64,000 nucleotides of DNA, from assembly GCA_043823985.1 (NCBI GenBank), contig JBDRTO010000088.1, forward strand, positions 3,851 to 67,850, in the 5' to 3' direction. The notes under the pieces are model-generated. The model was not told the origin of the DNA. It searched no databases and saw only the letters and a list, made by a program, of their open reading frames with translations. A program made the position numbers and the translations under genes. The stretch comes from Pseudomonadota bacterium. Its GTDB lineage: Bacteria; Desulfobacterota; Desulfobacteria; Desulfobacterales; Desulfatibacillaceae. Below are positions 9,450 to 19,298 of the stretch, piece by piece (the first letter of the stretch is position 1; every line of letters starts with the position of its first letter).

Positions 9450-11123
9450 ATGGCGTACAACACCAAGTTTATTTTCGTGACCGGCGGGGTGCTCTCCAGC
9501 CTCGGAAAAGGGCTTGCCTCGGCGTCCATCGGGGCCCTGCTGGAAAGCCGCGGACTCAGCGTGACCTTCCAGAAACTGGATCCCTACATCAACGTGGACC
9601 CGGGCACCATGAACCCGTTCCAGCACGGCGAGGTCTTCGTGACCGACGATGGCACGGAAACGGACCTGGATCTCGGCCACTACGAACGGTTCACAAGTTG
9701 CCGCCTGGGCAAAAACTCCAACTTCACCACGGGCAAGATCTACTATTCCGTGATCACCAAGGAGCGCCAGGGCAAGTACCTGGGGGGCACGGTCCAGGTG
9801 ATCCCCCACATCACGGACGAAATCAAGCGCTCCATTCTCCTGGTGGCCGATGATGCGGACGTGGTCATCGTGGAGATCGGCGGCACCATCGGGGACATCG
9901 AAAGCCTCCCCTTCCTGGAGGCCATCCGCCAGTTCCGCTCGGACGTGGGCAAGGAAAATGTCCTGTACATCCACCTTTCCTACGTGCCCTATATCCGCAC
10001 TGCCGGGGAGGTGAAGACCAAGCCCACCCAGCACAGCGTCAAGGAGCTTCGGGGAATCGGTATCCAACCCAACATCCTCCTTTGCCGCACCGACCAGTTC
10101 CTTTCCAAGGAGATCAAAGCCAAGATCGCACTCTTTTGCAACGTGGGCGTGGACGAGGTCATCACAGCCAAAGACGTGGATTGCATCTACGAGGTGCCCC
10201 TGGTCTTCCACCAGCAGGGCCTGGACGACAAGATCCTGGAACTGTTGAACGTGTGGACTCGGGCCCCCCGCCTGGAGAACTGGGAAGCCCTGCTCGATAA
10301 GGTGAAAAACCCCGCCCGCCAGGTATCCATCGCCATCGTGGGCAAGTACACGGATTTGAAGGAATCCTACAAGAGCTTGAACGAAGCCCTTATGCACGGC
10401 GGCGTGGCCAACGACGCCAATGTGCATCTGAAATACATTGATTCGGAGAACGTCACCCAGGCCACCTGCGAGGAGATGCTGGCCGATTGCGACGGCATCC
10501 TGGTGCCAGGCGGATTCGGGTCCCGGGGGGTGGAGGGAAAGATTTGCGCCGTGCACTTCGCCCGGGTCCGCAAGGTGCCCTTTTTCGGCATCTGCCTGGG
10601 CATGCAGATCGCGGTCATCGAATACTCCCGGAACGTGGCGGGCATGACCGGGGCCAACAGCACGGAGTTCGACCCCGTGACGCCCCATCCGGTCATTGAC
10701 CTCATGCGGGAATGGGTGGATCCCAAGACCGGAATCACCGAGCGGCGGGACGTGGACGCGGACAAGGGCGCCACCATGCGCCTGGGCGCCTACCCCTGCC
10801 TTCTGGAGCCCGACACGTTCGCCATGGAGGCCTACGGGGTCCGGGAAATTTCCGAAAGGCACCGCCACCGCTACGAGTTCAACAACGTCTACAAGGAGAA
10901 GCTGGCCCAGGCCGGCCTGGGCCTGGCCGGGAACTTCGTAAATGGCAACTTGGTGGAAATCGTGGAGATCAAGGACCATCCCTGGTTTCTGGGATGCCAG
11001 TTCCACCCGGAGTTCAAGTCCCGGCCCATGGACCCCCACCCCCTGTTCCGGGAATTCATCCGGGCCTCCCTGGAACACAAAAAAATCAGGGACCAGGGAT
11101 CCGAAGAGAAAGACACGGACTGA
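9450..11123 (+). CDS. pyrG: CTP synthase
   Basis: Internal ATG at 9450. '[16 protein letters not shown]' at the N-terminus and GATase 'GICLGMQ' are present. Length is 557 aa. Confidence 0.97.
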   Translation: MAYNTKFIFVTGGVLSSLGKGLASASIGALLESRGLSVTFQKLDPYINVDPGTMNPFQHGEVFVTDDGTETDLDLGHYERFTSCRLGKNSNFTTGKIYYSVITKERQGKYLGGTVQVIPHITDEIKRSILLVADDADVVIVEIGGTIGDIESLPFLEAIRQFRSDVGKENVLYIHLSYVPYIRTAGEVKTKPTQHSVKELRGIGIQPNILLCRTDQFLSKEIKAKIALFCNVGVDEVITAKDVDCIYEVPLVFHQQGLDDKILELLNVWTRAPRLENWEALLDKVKNPARQVSIAIVGKYTDLKESYKSLNEALMHGGVANDANVHLKYIDSENVTQATCEEMLADCDGILVPGGFGSRGVEGKICAVHFARVRKVPFFGICLGMQIAVIEYSRNVAGMTGANSTEFDPVTPHPVIDLMREWVDPKTGITERRDVDADKGATMRLGAYPCLLEPDTFAMEAYGVREISERHRHRYEFNNVYKEKLAQAGLGLAGNFVNGNLVEIVEIKDHPWFLGCQFHPEFKSRPMDPHPLFREFIRASLEHKKIRDQGSEEKDTD

Positions 11124-11161
11124 TTCCCCGAGCCAAGGTCAAGAGGAGAAAGCCGATCCCC

Positions 11162-11992
11162 ATGAAAAACAGGTTCCCCAGGAAGCGCGTCTTCATCACC
11201 GGCGCTGGTAGCGGTTTCGGCAAGGCCCTGGCCCTCCACTTCGCCCGGGAGGGCTGGAAGGTGGCGACTGCGGACATCAACGCGGAAGCTGTGGAAAAGA
11301 CCGCAGAGGAAATCCGGACCCTGGGTGGCGAGCCCCTGGTCATCGCCTGCGACGTGACCAAACTGAAGGATGTGGAAAAGGCCGGACGCGTGGTGGAGAA
11401 AGCCTGGGGCGGTGTGGACATAGCGGTAAACAACGCCGGGGTGGCCGCAGGCGGCAAGATGGAGAAGATTACCTCCGAGCAGTGGGAAACGATCATGTCC
11501 ATCAACGTCAAGGGAGTGATCAACGGTTGCCGCGTATTCATCCCCATCCTGGAAAAGCAGGGCAAGGGGCACCTGGTGAACATGGCCTCCAGCGCCGGCT
11601 TGGCCTGCCTGCCGGAAATGAGTTCCTACAACCTGACCAAGGCTGCGGTCATCTCCCTGTCCGAGACACTGCGCACAGAACTTCGCACCAAGAACATCAG
11701 GGTCACGGTCATCGCCCCCACCTTTTTCAAGACCAACCTCATGGACAGCTTCCAGTGCACGGACGAGCGCCAGAGAAAAATGGCCCAGTCCTTTTTCGCC
11801 AAGAGCCGCACCACCTCCGAGGACGTGGTGCGGGCGACCGTCCGGGCCATCCGGAAAAATCGCCTCTACGTTGTTCCCCAACTGGAGGGAAGATTCGTCT
11901 GGCTGACCAAGCGCCTGTTCCCGGAAACCTTCTACAACACGGTGGGTTTTTTCTACAAAAAGGGCATCGCCGACCTGTTTTTGGGCGTCTGA
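11162..11992 (+). CDS. SDR-family oxidoreductase
   Basis: ATG at 11162. 'VFITGAGSGFGKA' Rossmann motif, 'NNAG', and catalytic 'SSYNLTKAAV' (YxxxK). Confidence 0.85.
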   Translation: MKNRFPRKRVFITGAGSGFGKALALHFAREGWKVATADINAEAVEKTAEEIRTLGGEPLVIACDVTKLKDVEKAGRVVEKAWGGVDIAVNNAGVAAGGKMEKITSEQWETIMSINVKGVINGCRVFIPILEKQGKGHLVNMASSAGLACLPEMSSYNLTKAAVISLSETLRTELRTKNIRVTVIAPTFFKTNLMDSFQCTDERQRKMAQSFFAKSRTTSEDVVRATVRAIRKNRLYVVPQLEGRFVWLTKRLFPETFYNTVGFFYKKGIADLFLGV

Positions 11993-12006
11993 TCGGCTGA
12001 TCGCCC

Positions 12007-13011
12007 ATGTGCGCCCTCCTCCGAGAAATCCACCCTGGCATTCATCGGATACGCCTTCCCCTGCCCGGGAAAAAGCCGGGCCCGGCCAATGCCTACCTTT
12101 TCACCGGCGAACCGGTCACCCTGTTGGACACGGGAACCCGCCAGGGATTCCCCCAACTCCAAAAGGCCATGGCCCTCGTGGGAATCAGCCCGGGGGACGT
12201 GAGGCAAATCGTCCTCACCCACGGCCACATGGACCACTACGGCGCAGCCCGGCGTCTGGTTGCCGAATCCCGGGGCCAGGTCCGGGTCCTGGTCCATTCG
12301 GCGGACCGCCAGGCCGTGGAAACCAGCCGGGACGTATCCAGGGCCAGCACGGCCAGGTTCCTCCGGGCTGCGGGCCTGCCGCTGGGCTACCAGGTCTCCC
12401 TGTCCCTCCTGTTCTACATTTTCCGGGCCATGGCCCCCACCTGCCGCGTGGATGGGGAGATGGAAGACGGGGACACGGTCCGCCTGGGCTCCTTCCTGGG
12501 CCGGGTCATTCACACCCCGGGGCACACCCCGGGATCGGTCTGTCTCCATCTGGAACCCGAAAACATCCTCTTTTCCGGGGACCACATCCTGGGCCACATC
12601 ACCCCAAATGCTCTGGTGGCCGTGGACTCGGGCGGCATCTTTCCCGTACATTCGGTCCAAAAGGAATTCTATCGGTCCCTGGAAAAGGTCGAAGCCCTCA
12701 CTCCCGAAATCGTGCATACAGGCCATCGCAAACCGGTGACGGATCTGCCCGCCATCGCGGCCATGTACCGCCGGACCTTTGACCAGCGCCAGAAAGACGT
12801 TCTTGCCCTGGTAACCTCCAGCCCGGCCACCATCTACGAGACCGCCCGGCAGCTTTTTCCGGTCCTGAACCGCGCCGCCCGCCTGTCCCTGGAAATCTAC
12901 CTGGCTATCTCCGAGGTATACACCCACCTTCAGGTTCTGGAGGAAAAGGGTTTGGCGCGGCTTGGCCTGGAAAACGGCAGACTGGTGGCCCGGCCCGTGG
13001 AGAAAATCTGA
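12007..13011 (+). CDS. MBL-fold metallo-hydrolase
   Basis: 'LTHGHMDHYGAA' (HxHxDH) and a later 'TPGHTPGS' motif. The C-terminal ~80 aa look like a winged-helix-type extension. Confidence 0.8.
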   Translation: MCALLREIHPGIHRIRLPLPGKKPGPANAYLFTGEPVTLLDTGTRQGFPQLQKAMALVGISPGDVRQIVLTHGHMDHYGAARRLVAESRGQVRVLVHSADRQAVETSRDVSRASTARFLRAAGLPLGYQVSLSLLFYIFRAMAPTCRVDGEMEDGDTVRLGSFLGRVIHTPGHTPGSVCLHLEPENILFSGDHILGHITPNALVAVDSGGIFPVHSVQKEFYRSLEKVEALTPEIVHTGHRKPVTDLPAIAAMYRRTFDQRQKDVLALVTSSPATIYETARQLFPVLNRAARLSLEIYLAISEVYTHLQVLEEKGLARLGLENGRLVARPVEKI

Positions 13012-13025
13012 GGAGAAATCGAATC

Positions 13026-14078
13026 ATGAAGGAGAAAATTTCCCTTGCGGCGTGGAAATTTGCCGGCGGCGTGACGGATGAAGCGTTCCTGATGGCCCCC
13101 CGGGTTCTCCGGCGGGTGCTCCCCCGGCGCAAGGTGGATGAAAAATCACTGGGACGGGAAACCCGGTTCTACCTGGACAAAGGATTCACGGACGATCCAA
13201 AAAGCTTTTTCTCCCTGGCGGAAACCGCCCCGGAGATCCGGAACGTGTCCCGAAAACCCTATGGTCCGGGTTTTTTGGAGGAATACGTCTTCCCTTCCGA
13301 ATATGAACCCAAAAACCCCTGGATCCGGGACCGTTATCTCCGCCACGAGGCCAACCGCGAGGCCAGGCTCTTCCGGTGGACCCACGGGGACCGGCCCAGG
13401 GACACGGTGCTCTGCCTCCACGGATTCCTCCTGGGAGACCACCTTGACGCCCAACGCATGTTCAAGGTGCGCCGCCTCATGGACCGGGGTCTGGACGCGG
13501 TTCTTTTCGTGGCCCCCTTCCACGGGAAAAGGTCGGACGGCAACTTCTCTTCCCAGCGCCTGGCCCTGAGGCCCGAGGACCCGGCTTTCACCTGCGAGTT
13601 CTTCGGCCAGGCTGTCCAGGACATCTCGGCCACTCTCCTGATCCTGGAGAAACTGGGCATGGGCCGGGTGGGACTCATCGGTGCCAGCATGGGCGGATAC
13701 CTCACGGCGTTGTATTCGTGCCTGGCCGGTTCCCATGCCTTCGCGGCCATGGTGGTCCCGGCTCTGGACATGGCCCGGCCCTTTGGTCCCGAGCCTTCCC
13801 TCTATTCCTTCCGCCCGGCTCCTGCGCTTCTCGCGGACCTGAAAAGGGTGTGGACCTTCCACTCTCCCATGCGCCTTTCCCCTCTCCTGCCGCCGGAAAA
13901 GATCCTGATCCTGGCGGCCCGGGGGGACCGGCTTTGCCCCTTTGAGTTCACCCAGCGGCTTTGCAAACAATGGGGTTGGCCCCAACACCGCTTTTTCCCC
14001 GGCGGCCACTGGCTCATGAACGACCAGGGGGAACGGGGCCGGGCCTGGCACGGATTTCTGGACCAAATGGGCTTTTGA
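13026..14078 (+). CDS. alpha/beta-hydrolase fold protein
   Basis: 'LIGASMGG' nucleophile elbow (GxSxG) and a late 'GGHW' His region. Substrate unknown. Confidence 0.7.
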   Translation: MKEKISLAAWKFAGGVTDEAFLMAPRVLRRVLPRRKVDEKSLGRETRFYLDKGFTDDPKSFFSLAETAPEIRNVSRKPYGPGFLEEYVFPSEYEPKNPWIRDRYLRHEANREARLFRWTHGDRPRDTVLCLHGFLLGDHLDAQRMFKVRRLMDRGLDAVLFVAPFHGKRSDGNFSSQRLALRPEDPAFTCEFFGQAVQDISATLLILEKLGMGRVGLIGASMGGYLTALYSCLAGSHAFAAMVVPALDMARPFGPEPSLYSFRPAPALLADLKRVWTFHSPMRLSPLLPPEKILILAARGDRLCPFEFTQRLCKQWGWPQHRFFPGGHWLMNDQGERGRAWHGFLDQMGF

Positions 14079-14130
14079 GGGAAAGCGCTCTCCGGGAGAG
14101 TCGTAACAAATGATTCCTGCATTCCACGAA

Positions 14131-14170
14131 AGAGGGGGAAGGCCCGGAAGGACCGTCCCCCTCTTTTTTT
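14131..14170 (+). terminator. rho-independent terminator after the hydrolase gene
   Basis: 9-bp stem AGAGGGGGA (14131-14139) pairs with TCCCCCTCT (14156-14164), followed by a T7 run, in the convergent gap. Confidence 0.6.
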
Positions 14171-14185
14171 GCTTTGGATGAATAC

Positions 14186-17100
14186 CTAAGGAACCAGGGT
14201 ATCCAGGAGACTCCTGGCCTTTTTCCCGGCATCCTGTTGCAGGATGGGAGGCAGGTTCTTCTGGATCGCATCCTCCAGGCGTTTCACGGCTTCTCCCTTT
14301 TTCTCCTGGATTTCCTGGCCCGCCACCTGACGCGCCAGTTCAACGGGGTCGATGCCGAACTTGGGTTGATCCAGAGTTCCCGTGACCCGGATGGGGATCT
14401 GGATGTTCTTGAGGTTCTTCTCCACCCCGGCCACGGTCACCCGCAAATCGCCCAACACGGCTGCGGAGAGGGTGTAATCCAGGCTGCGTTGGAGAAGGTC
14501 GGCCGCGCCCCGGCCGCTCACCCGCAGGAGGGGCGTGATCAGGAGCAGATCGTCGCTTTTGGCCTGGCCGCCGGCGAAGTGGACCGTGCCCGTGAGTTTC
14601 GCGAAATCCGTGTCCCGAACAGCCTGCTGATCCAGGGGGACTCCCTTCAACGCCGCCCAGGATTCCCGGATGAGCCCGGGCAGGTTCACGCCCTTCACTG
14701 TGCCGTCGCTCACCCCCAGGGCCAGGGTGCCGTTCAGGGTCCGGAGAATGTCCGGGGTATCCAGGCCTTCGGCCGTGAGGTCCGTCCGGACCGTGCCCAG
14801 CCCGGTGAGGAAACCTTTCCCAGCCAGGTCCGATAACAGGGGCCCCAACTGGACCAGCTTGATTTCATCCTTGACTTGAAGGCGGGGGCTCTTGCCCGTT
14901 ACATCGAGGCCTGCCTGGGCCAGAGTGCTTCCCCCATACAGATTCGAACGGGCCGGTTCAATGGTGAGTACGCCGTTTTTGGCCATCACCTGGACCAGGA
15001 CGTCCTTCATGTCCATGCCCGCCAGGGTGACCGCGCCGACTTCCAGTTTTCCGTCCAGGAAAAGGTTTTTGAGGGCGCTAAGGTCCGCCTGGCTGGGGGG
15101 AGGTTGTTTGGCGGGCTTGTGTTCCGGAGCCCTTGTGTCTTTTGGGGGAAGATAACGGTCCGCATCCAGGACGTCCGCCGCAAGCAGGAAGGTGTACCGG
15201 GGCGGATGGGAAAGCAGCACTCTGGCCGAACCCTTCAGGTGGGTGTCGTCAAGTGCAAGGGCGATCGGCTTGATCTCCACAGCCTGGGTGGAGCCTGTAA
15301 AGGAAAGCTCCAGCCTGGCCGCTCCCAGGGTGCCGGGTTCCCGGGTGTCCACGGCTATCCCGAGTTTTTCCAGGCTGTTCTTGAGGTTGTCCGCCGCCGC
15401 CCTGAGGGACCCGGAAAAGGTCAGGTTCTTGTCCAGGGTTTTGACCTGGAAGACGCCGGACCCCGAAATGCCCGCCAGGGTGAAAACGCCGACCTCCAGT
15501 TTCCCATCCAGAACAAGGTCCTTGAGTGTACCGGGGAGCGCCTGGCCGGGGGGAGCCGGGGCACCGGGCTTGATTTCCGAAGCCCCCTGATTTTTAGGCG
15601 GAAGGTAACGGTCCGCGTTCAGGACGTCCGCCGCAAGCTGAAACGAATACCGGGGCGGCTGGGAAAACTGAACCCCGGCCGAGCCCTTCAGCTTGGAATC
15701 ATCCAGTGCAAGGGCGATCGACTTGATCTCCACAGCCTGGGTGGAGCCTGTAAAGGAAAGCTCCAATCTGGCCGCTCCCAGGGCACCGGGTTCCCGGGTG
15801 TCCACGGCTATCCCGAGTTTTTCCAAGCTGTTCTTGAGGTTGTCCGCCGCCGCCCGGAGGGACCCGGAAAAGGTCAGGTTCTTGTCCAGGGTTTTGACCT
15901 GGAAGACGCCGGACCCCGAAATGCCTGCCAGGGTGAAAACGCCGACTTCCAGTTTCCCATCCAGAACAAGGTCCTTGAGTGTACCGGGGAGCGCCTGGCC
16001 GGAGGGAGCCGGGGCACCGGGCTTGATTTTCGAAGCCCCCTGATTTTCAGGCGGAAGGTAACGGTCCGCGTTCAGGACGTCCGCCGCAAGCTGAAACGAA
16101 TACCGGGGCGGCTGGGAAAACTGAACCCCGGCCGAGCCCTTCAGCTTGGAATCATCCAGGGCAAGGGCGATGGACTTGATCTCCACAGCCTGTTTCGAAC
16201 CGGCAAAGGAAAGCTCCAGCCTTGCCGCCCCCAGGGCGCCGGGTTCCCGGGTGTCCACCTTGACCCCAAGGTTTTCCAGGGTATTCCTGAGGCTGTCCGC
16301 CGAGACCCTCAACGATCCGGAAAAAGAGAAATCCTTGTCAAGGTCCCGGGCTGTAAAGGCTCCTGACCCGGTGAGACCCGCCAGGGTGAAGGAGAGCCCC
16401 TCCACGGCCAGGGTATGTTGGGCTCCGTCCATCCGGATGTCCCCGCCCAGTTGCCCCTCCACCTTCCGGTTTCCGGAAAAATCGCCGTTCGCCGTCACGT
16501 CCGCCTTCATGCCGGTCAAGGCATACTGATTGGAATCCGTTTGGACCAGGGCCTTCCCGGAAATCCGAATCGTGGAATCGAGCCTGGGTGTTTCGCTTTG
16601 TAAAGCAAAACTTAGATCCAGGTCCATGGGCGCGCCGGGCCGGATGCCTCCCAGGGAAAGGGCAACGTCCGAAACCTCGAACCGTTCCTTTTTCGCCCGG
16701 TCTTCCCAGATCACCCGGGAGTTGGAAACCTCCACGCCTGAAACCTCCACGGCCATGCCGGGCCCTTCCGCGGGCGCGGCGGAGGGAGCGGGGGCGGGCT
16801 CCACGGCTTGCCCCTTTGCGCCGAAATCCTCCCAGTTGGATCGTCCCAGGGCGTCCAGGATGAGGTGAAGCTCCATCCCGTTCACCAGGACCTTGCCCAC
16901 CTCCACCCTTCGTTTCAAAAGGGGCAGCAGGCGGACCCGGGCCTGGGCGGAAAAAATCCGGGCAAAAGGCTCTTGGCCGAATTCTGGAGGATTGGAAACG
17001 GAAACATCCTTCACGGAAAGCCCAAGCCACGGGAAGAGGGTCAGTTCCAGATCACCGCTCATGGTGAGTTCCCGGCCCGTGGATTCGGCAAAGGCCGTTT

Positions 17101-17218
17101 CCATCTGCTTCTTATAGTCATTGGGATCGAAGAACCAAGTCAGGTAAGCGGCCAATGCGCCCACCAGGAGCAGACAGACCAGAAGAACGGCGGCCAGAAC
17201 TTTCCAAATCGTTTTCAT
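14186..17218 (-). CDS. AsmA-family outer-membrane assembly/lipid-transport-like protein with internal tandem repeats
   Basis: The start at internal ATG 17218 gives 'MKTIWKVLAAVLLVCLLLVGALAAYLTWFFDPNDYK', an AsmA-type N-terminal anchor, plus 'LFPWLGLSVKDVSVSNPPEF'. The C-terminal AsmA_2-like region is 'GTLALGVSDGTVKGVNL'. Confidence 0.85.
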   Translation of the reverse strand: MKTIWKVLAAVLLVCLLLVGALAAYLTWFFDPNDYKKQMETAFAESTGRELTMSGDLELTLFPWLGLSVKDVSVSNPPEFGQEPFARIFSAQARVRLLPLLKRRVEVGKVLVNGMELHLILDALGRSNWEDFGAKGQAVEPAPAPSAAPAEGPGMAVEVSGVEVSNSRVIWEDRAKKERFEVSDVALSLGGIRPGAPMDLDLSFALQSETPRLDSTIRISGKALVQTDSNQYALTGMKADVTANGDFSGNRKVEGQLGGDIRMDGAQHTLAVEGLSFTLAGLTGSGAFTARDLDKDFSFSGSLRVSADSLRNTLENLGVKVDTREPGALGAARLELSFAGSKQAVEIKSIALALDDSKLKGSAGVQFSQPPRYSFQLAADVLNADRYLPPENQGASKIKPGAPAPSGQALPGTLKDLVLDGKLEVGVFTLAGISGSGVFQVKTLDKNLTFSGSLRAAADNLKNSLEKLGIAVDTREPGALGAARLELSFTGSTQAVEIKSIALALDDSKLKGSAGVQFSQPPRYSFQLAADVLNADRYLPPKNQGASEIKPGAPAPPGQALPGTLKDLVLDGKLEVGVFTLAGISGSGVFQVKTLDKNLTFSGSLRAAADNLKNSLEKLGIAVDTREPGTLGAARLELSFTGSTQAVEIKPIALALDDTHLKGSARVLLSHPPRYTFLLAADVLDADRYLPPKDTRAPEHKPAKQPPPSQADLSALKNLFLDGKLEVGAVTLAGMDMKDVLVQVMAKNGVLTIEPARSNLYGGSTLAQAGLDVTGKSPRLQVKDEIKLVQLGPLLSDLAGKGFLTGLGTVRTDLTAEGLDTPDILRTLNGTLALGVSDGTVKGVNLPGLIRESWAALKGVPLDQQAVRDTDFAKLTGTVHFAGGQAKSDDLLLITPLLRVSGRGAADLLQRSLDYTLSAAVLGDLRVTVAGVEKNLKNIQIPIRVTGTLDQPKFGIDPVELARQVAGQEIQEKKGEAVKRLEDAIQKNLPPILQQDAGKKARSLLDTLVP
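15030..16415. repeat. in-frame 453-bp (151-codon) tandem repeat array inside the AsmA-family gene
   Basis: Unit boundaries fall at 15256, 15709 and 16162, an exact period of 453 bp. Copies 15256-15708 and 15709-16161 differ at only about a dozen positions by eye. The flanking copies (about 15030-15255 and 16162-16415) are more diverged. Confidence 0.9.
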
Positions 17219-17475
17219 GCATCCCCCCTTGACTCGGGAATCACAGGTGTTCAAACCAGAACCCTTCACCGCAAAAAGGTAAGGCACGGGTTATGCGTGT
17301 CAAATCCCGGGCTGCCCCGGTATTGCGCGGTTAGCCGGTGTTGATCGTTGCCGTGGTCCGGCCCGATTTGGAAAAGAAAGGAGAATGTCCGGGGTTGCTT
17401 TGTGGATCCGCTCACCTGGAAATCGCTCATGAGGATGAAAAAGCGAGACTGAAGGGGAAACTCCAGGCGCGATTC

Positions 17476-19281
17476 TCAGAAAAAGAGCTCCAGGTACCGA
17501 GACCACTCGATGCGGGTCTTGTGTTCCCTGGCCAGGACCTCCAGGCGTGCGGGAGTGATCTCCCGGGCTTCGTAGCCCAGCTTGGCCATAAAATTGCGCT
17601 GCCGGGCCCTGGCCAGTTCCTGGTCCCAGACAAAAACCAGGTTTTCGGACTCTATGTAGGAGGACCGGAGGGAAAGGTTGAACGAACCCGCGGCCAGGAG
17701 TTCCCCGTCCAATATGAACTCCTTGGCGTGGAGGTAGGGCTGGGGCACGTTCTCCTCGGGCACTCCCGTCTTTTCCCACACCCGCACCCCGGCATCCAGA
17801 AGCGGCTCCAGGTAGTTCAGGGACAGGAAGTAGCCAGAAGACAGGCTCACTTCTTCCGCGGTCCGGGCGGAATTCATGAGGATGCGCACATCCACCCCTC
17901 GCAGGGCCGCGTCCTTCAAGGCGTCGTGGAGAAGACCTTCGGGCAGGACCAGGTACTGGCTGGTGGCATAGAAGGTTTCCCTGCAGGACTGGATGGCCGA
18001 GACCAGGGCCTGAAGCGCGTGGTATTCCCGGTCCCAGGGCCGGCTCTGGACGAACAGGCATTGCACCCCAACCTGGCTTCTGCCTTCCCCGGGTAGAATC
18101 AGGGCGGGTTTTCGGGGAAGGCTGGCCTGGGCCATTGCCTGCTCGTAGGAGCGCAGGAATCCCTTCTGGATTTCCCCCACAATGGGGCCTTCCAGGTAAA
18201 GGTCCAGGTCGCTCCACCGGGAAAAATACTGTTCCTCCAGATTCCGTCCCCCCACCACCGCTCTTTGGCCGTCCACCACCAGGATCTTTTCGTGCACGGC
18301 ATAATCCAGGAGGGGCAGGGCCGGAAGGCCGCCGGGCCCCTGAAAGGAGGCGAGCCAGCTGGGGTTGTCGTCCGCGCTCTCCTGCTCCTTTTTCCGGCTG
18401 GCCCATAGCCGGTAAAGCCACTGTTCAGTGCCCGTCTTCTTCCGAGCTTCCCCCTTTGTTTCCCGGGCCGCCTCTCCCACCACCCGGCCATTGAACAGGA
18501 CCACGCTGATTCCCGCCGAAACCCCAGCCTGGCGGGCGCTTTTCACCAGGGATTCCGGGATCTCCCCGGAGTGAAGTTGCTTGGGTTCCCGCCGGGTCCA
18601 TTCCGCCAGAAGTTCATTCAATTTGAGCCGAAGGGTCCCAATGGGGGAGGTGGGGTACTGGGTATCCGCGTTCAGGAGGATGTTGACCTCAACCCCTTCG
18701 GATGCCTTCCGGACCAGCTCGTCCGAGATGATTCTCCCGGCGCCCTGATTGCCCAGGGTGTACGACTGAAGGTTGATCTGCCTTTCCGCTGAGCGGATAA
18801 GGCCAAGGACTTTTTCGAGGGCACCTTTTCCGTTGTCCAGGAATTCCAGGGTGCTGGCCGAAGAAATTCTCGCCATGGAGGTTTTTTCCAGGGATCGGAT
18901 AAAAGACTCGTCCCCCACACGGACAAGGTCGTCGGGGCACTTGTAATTCACCTGGAGATGGCCCGAGGCCTGGCCTTCATTCCCAGCCGAATCCGTGACC
19001 ACGATGGGCACCAGGTACTTCCCCGTGTCCATCAACCGGGGGATGGACAGGCGGGTCTGGTACCCTCCTTCCCGGGTGGACGCCAAAACGTTCCCCTCTT
19101 CCCGGTCCATTTCCAGGCGCACGGGGAAAAGGGTCTGGGAAAGGTCCACGCGCACGGATTCGATGACCGCACCGTCCTGACCCGTGAAGGTCATGCAGCG
19201 GACGGATGCCGTGGCTTGGCCGTGGTTTTCCACCTGCTCGGGGTCTACGGATATGTTCTTGATGACGATCATGGGCTGCAC
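17476..19281 (-). CDS. phospholipase D / cardiolipin-synthase-family protein (two HKD motifs) with N-terminal beta-rich domain
   Basis: HKD motifs are 'HEKILVVDGQRAVVGGRNL' and 'HAKEFILDGELLAAGSFNL'. About 115 N-terminal residues look Ig/beta-sandwich-like, and there is no signal peptide. Start is GTG 19281 or ATG 19272. Confidence 0.8.
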   Translation of the reverse strand: MQPMIVIKNISVDPEQVENHGQATASVRCMTFTGQDGAVIESVRVDLSQTLFPVRLEMDREEGNVLASTREGGYQTRLSIPRLMDTGKYLVPIVVTDSAGNEGQASGHLQVNYKCPDDLVRVGDESFIRSLEKTSMARISSASTLEFLDNGKGALEKVLGLIRSAERQINLQSYTLGNQGAGRIISDELVRKASEGVEVNILLNADTQYPTSPIGTLRLKLNELLAEWTRREPKQLHSGEIPESLVKSARQAGVSAGISVVLFNGRVVGEAARETKGEARKKTGTEQWLYRLWASRKKEQESADDNPSWLASFQGPGGLPALPLLDYAVHEKILVVDGQRAVVGGRNLEEQYFSRWSDLDLYLEGPIVGEIQKGFLRSYEQAMAQASLPRKPALILPGEGRSQVGVQCLFVQSRPWDREYHALQALVSAIQSCRETFYATSQYLVLPEGLLHDALKDAALRGVDVRILMNSARTAEEVSLSSGYFLSLNYLEPLLDAGVRVWEKTGVPEENVPQPYLHAKEFILDGELLAAGSFNLSLRSSYIESENLVFVWDQELARARQRNFMAKLGYEAREITPARLEVLAREHKTRIEWSRYLELFF

Positions 19282-19298
19282 GGCTTTTCAGGCGGGTG

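Noticed and set aside
9420-11078. 552-aa ORF antisense to pyrG
   Set aside because: pyrG is unambiguous on the opposite strand. The antisense product is low-complexity (G/H/V/D/L-rich) and carries no motif.
10712-11161. 150-codon N-terminal extension of the SDR ORF overlapping the pyrG 3' end
   Set aside because: It is out-of-frame overlap with pyrG. The Rossmann motif follows immediately after ATG 11162.
14876-16366. 496-aa + strand ORF across the AsmA repeat region, itself repetitive
   Set aside because: Its repetitiveness only mirrors the 453-bp DNA repeats. The minus-strand frame has the AsmA N- and C-terminal signatures, and the + frame is Gly/Arg/Pro-rich.
15030-16415. Regularly spaced repeats considered as a possible CRISPR or satellite array
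   Set aside because: The period is 453 bp with no short repeat/spacer structure. The repeats are in frame and coding within one gene, and there are no cas genes in the window.
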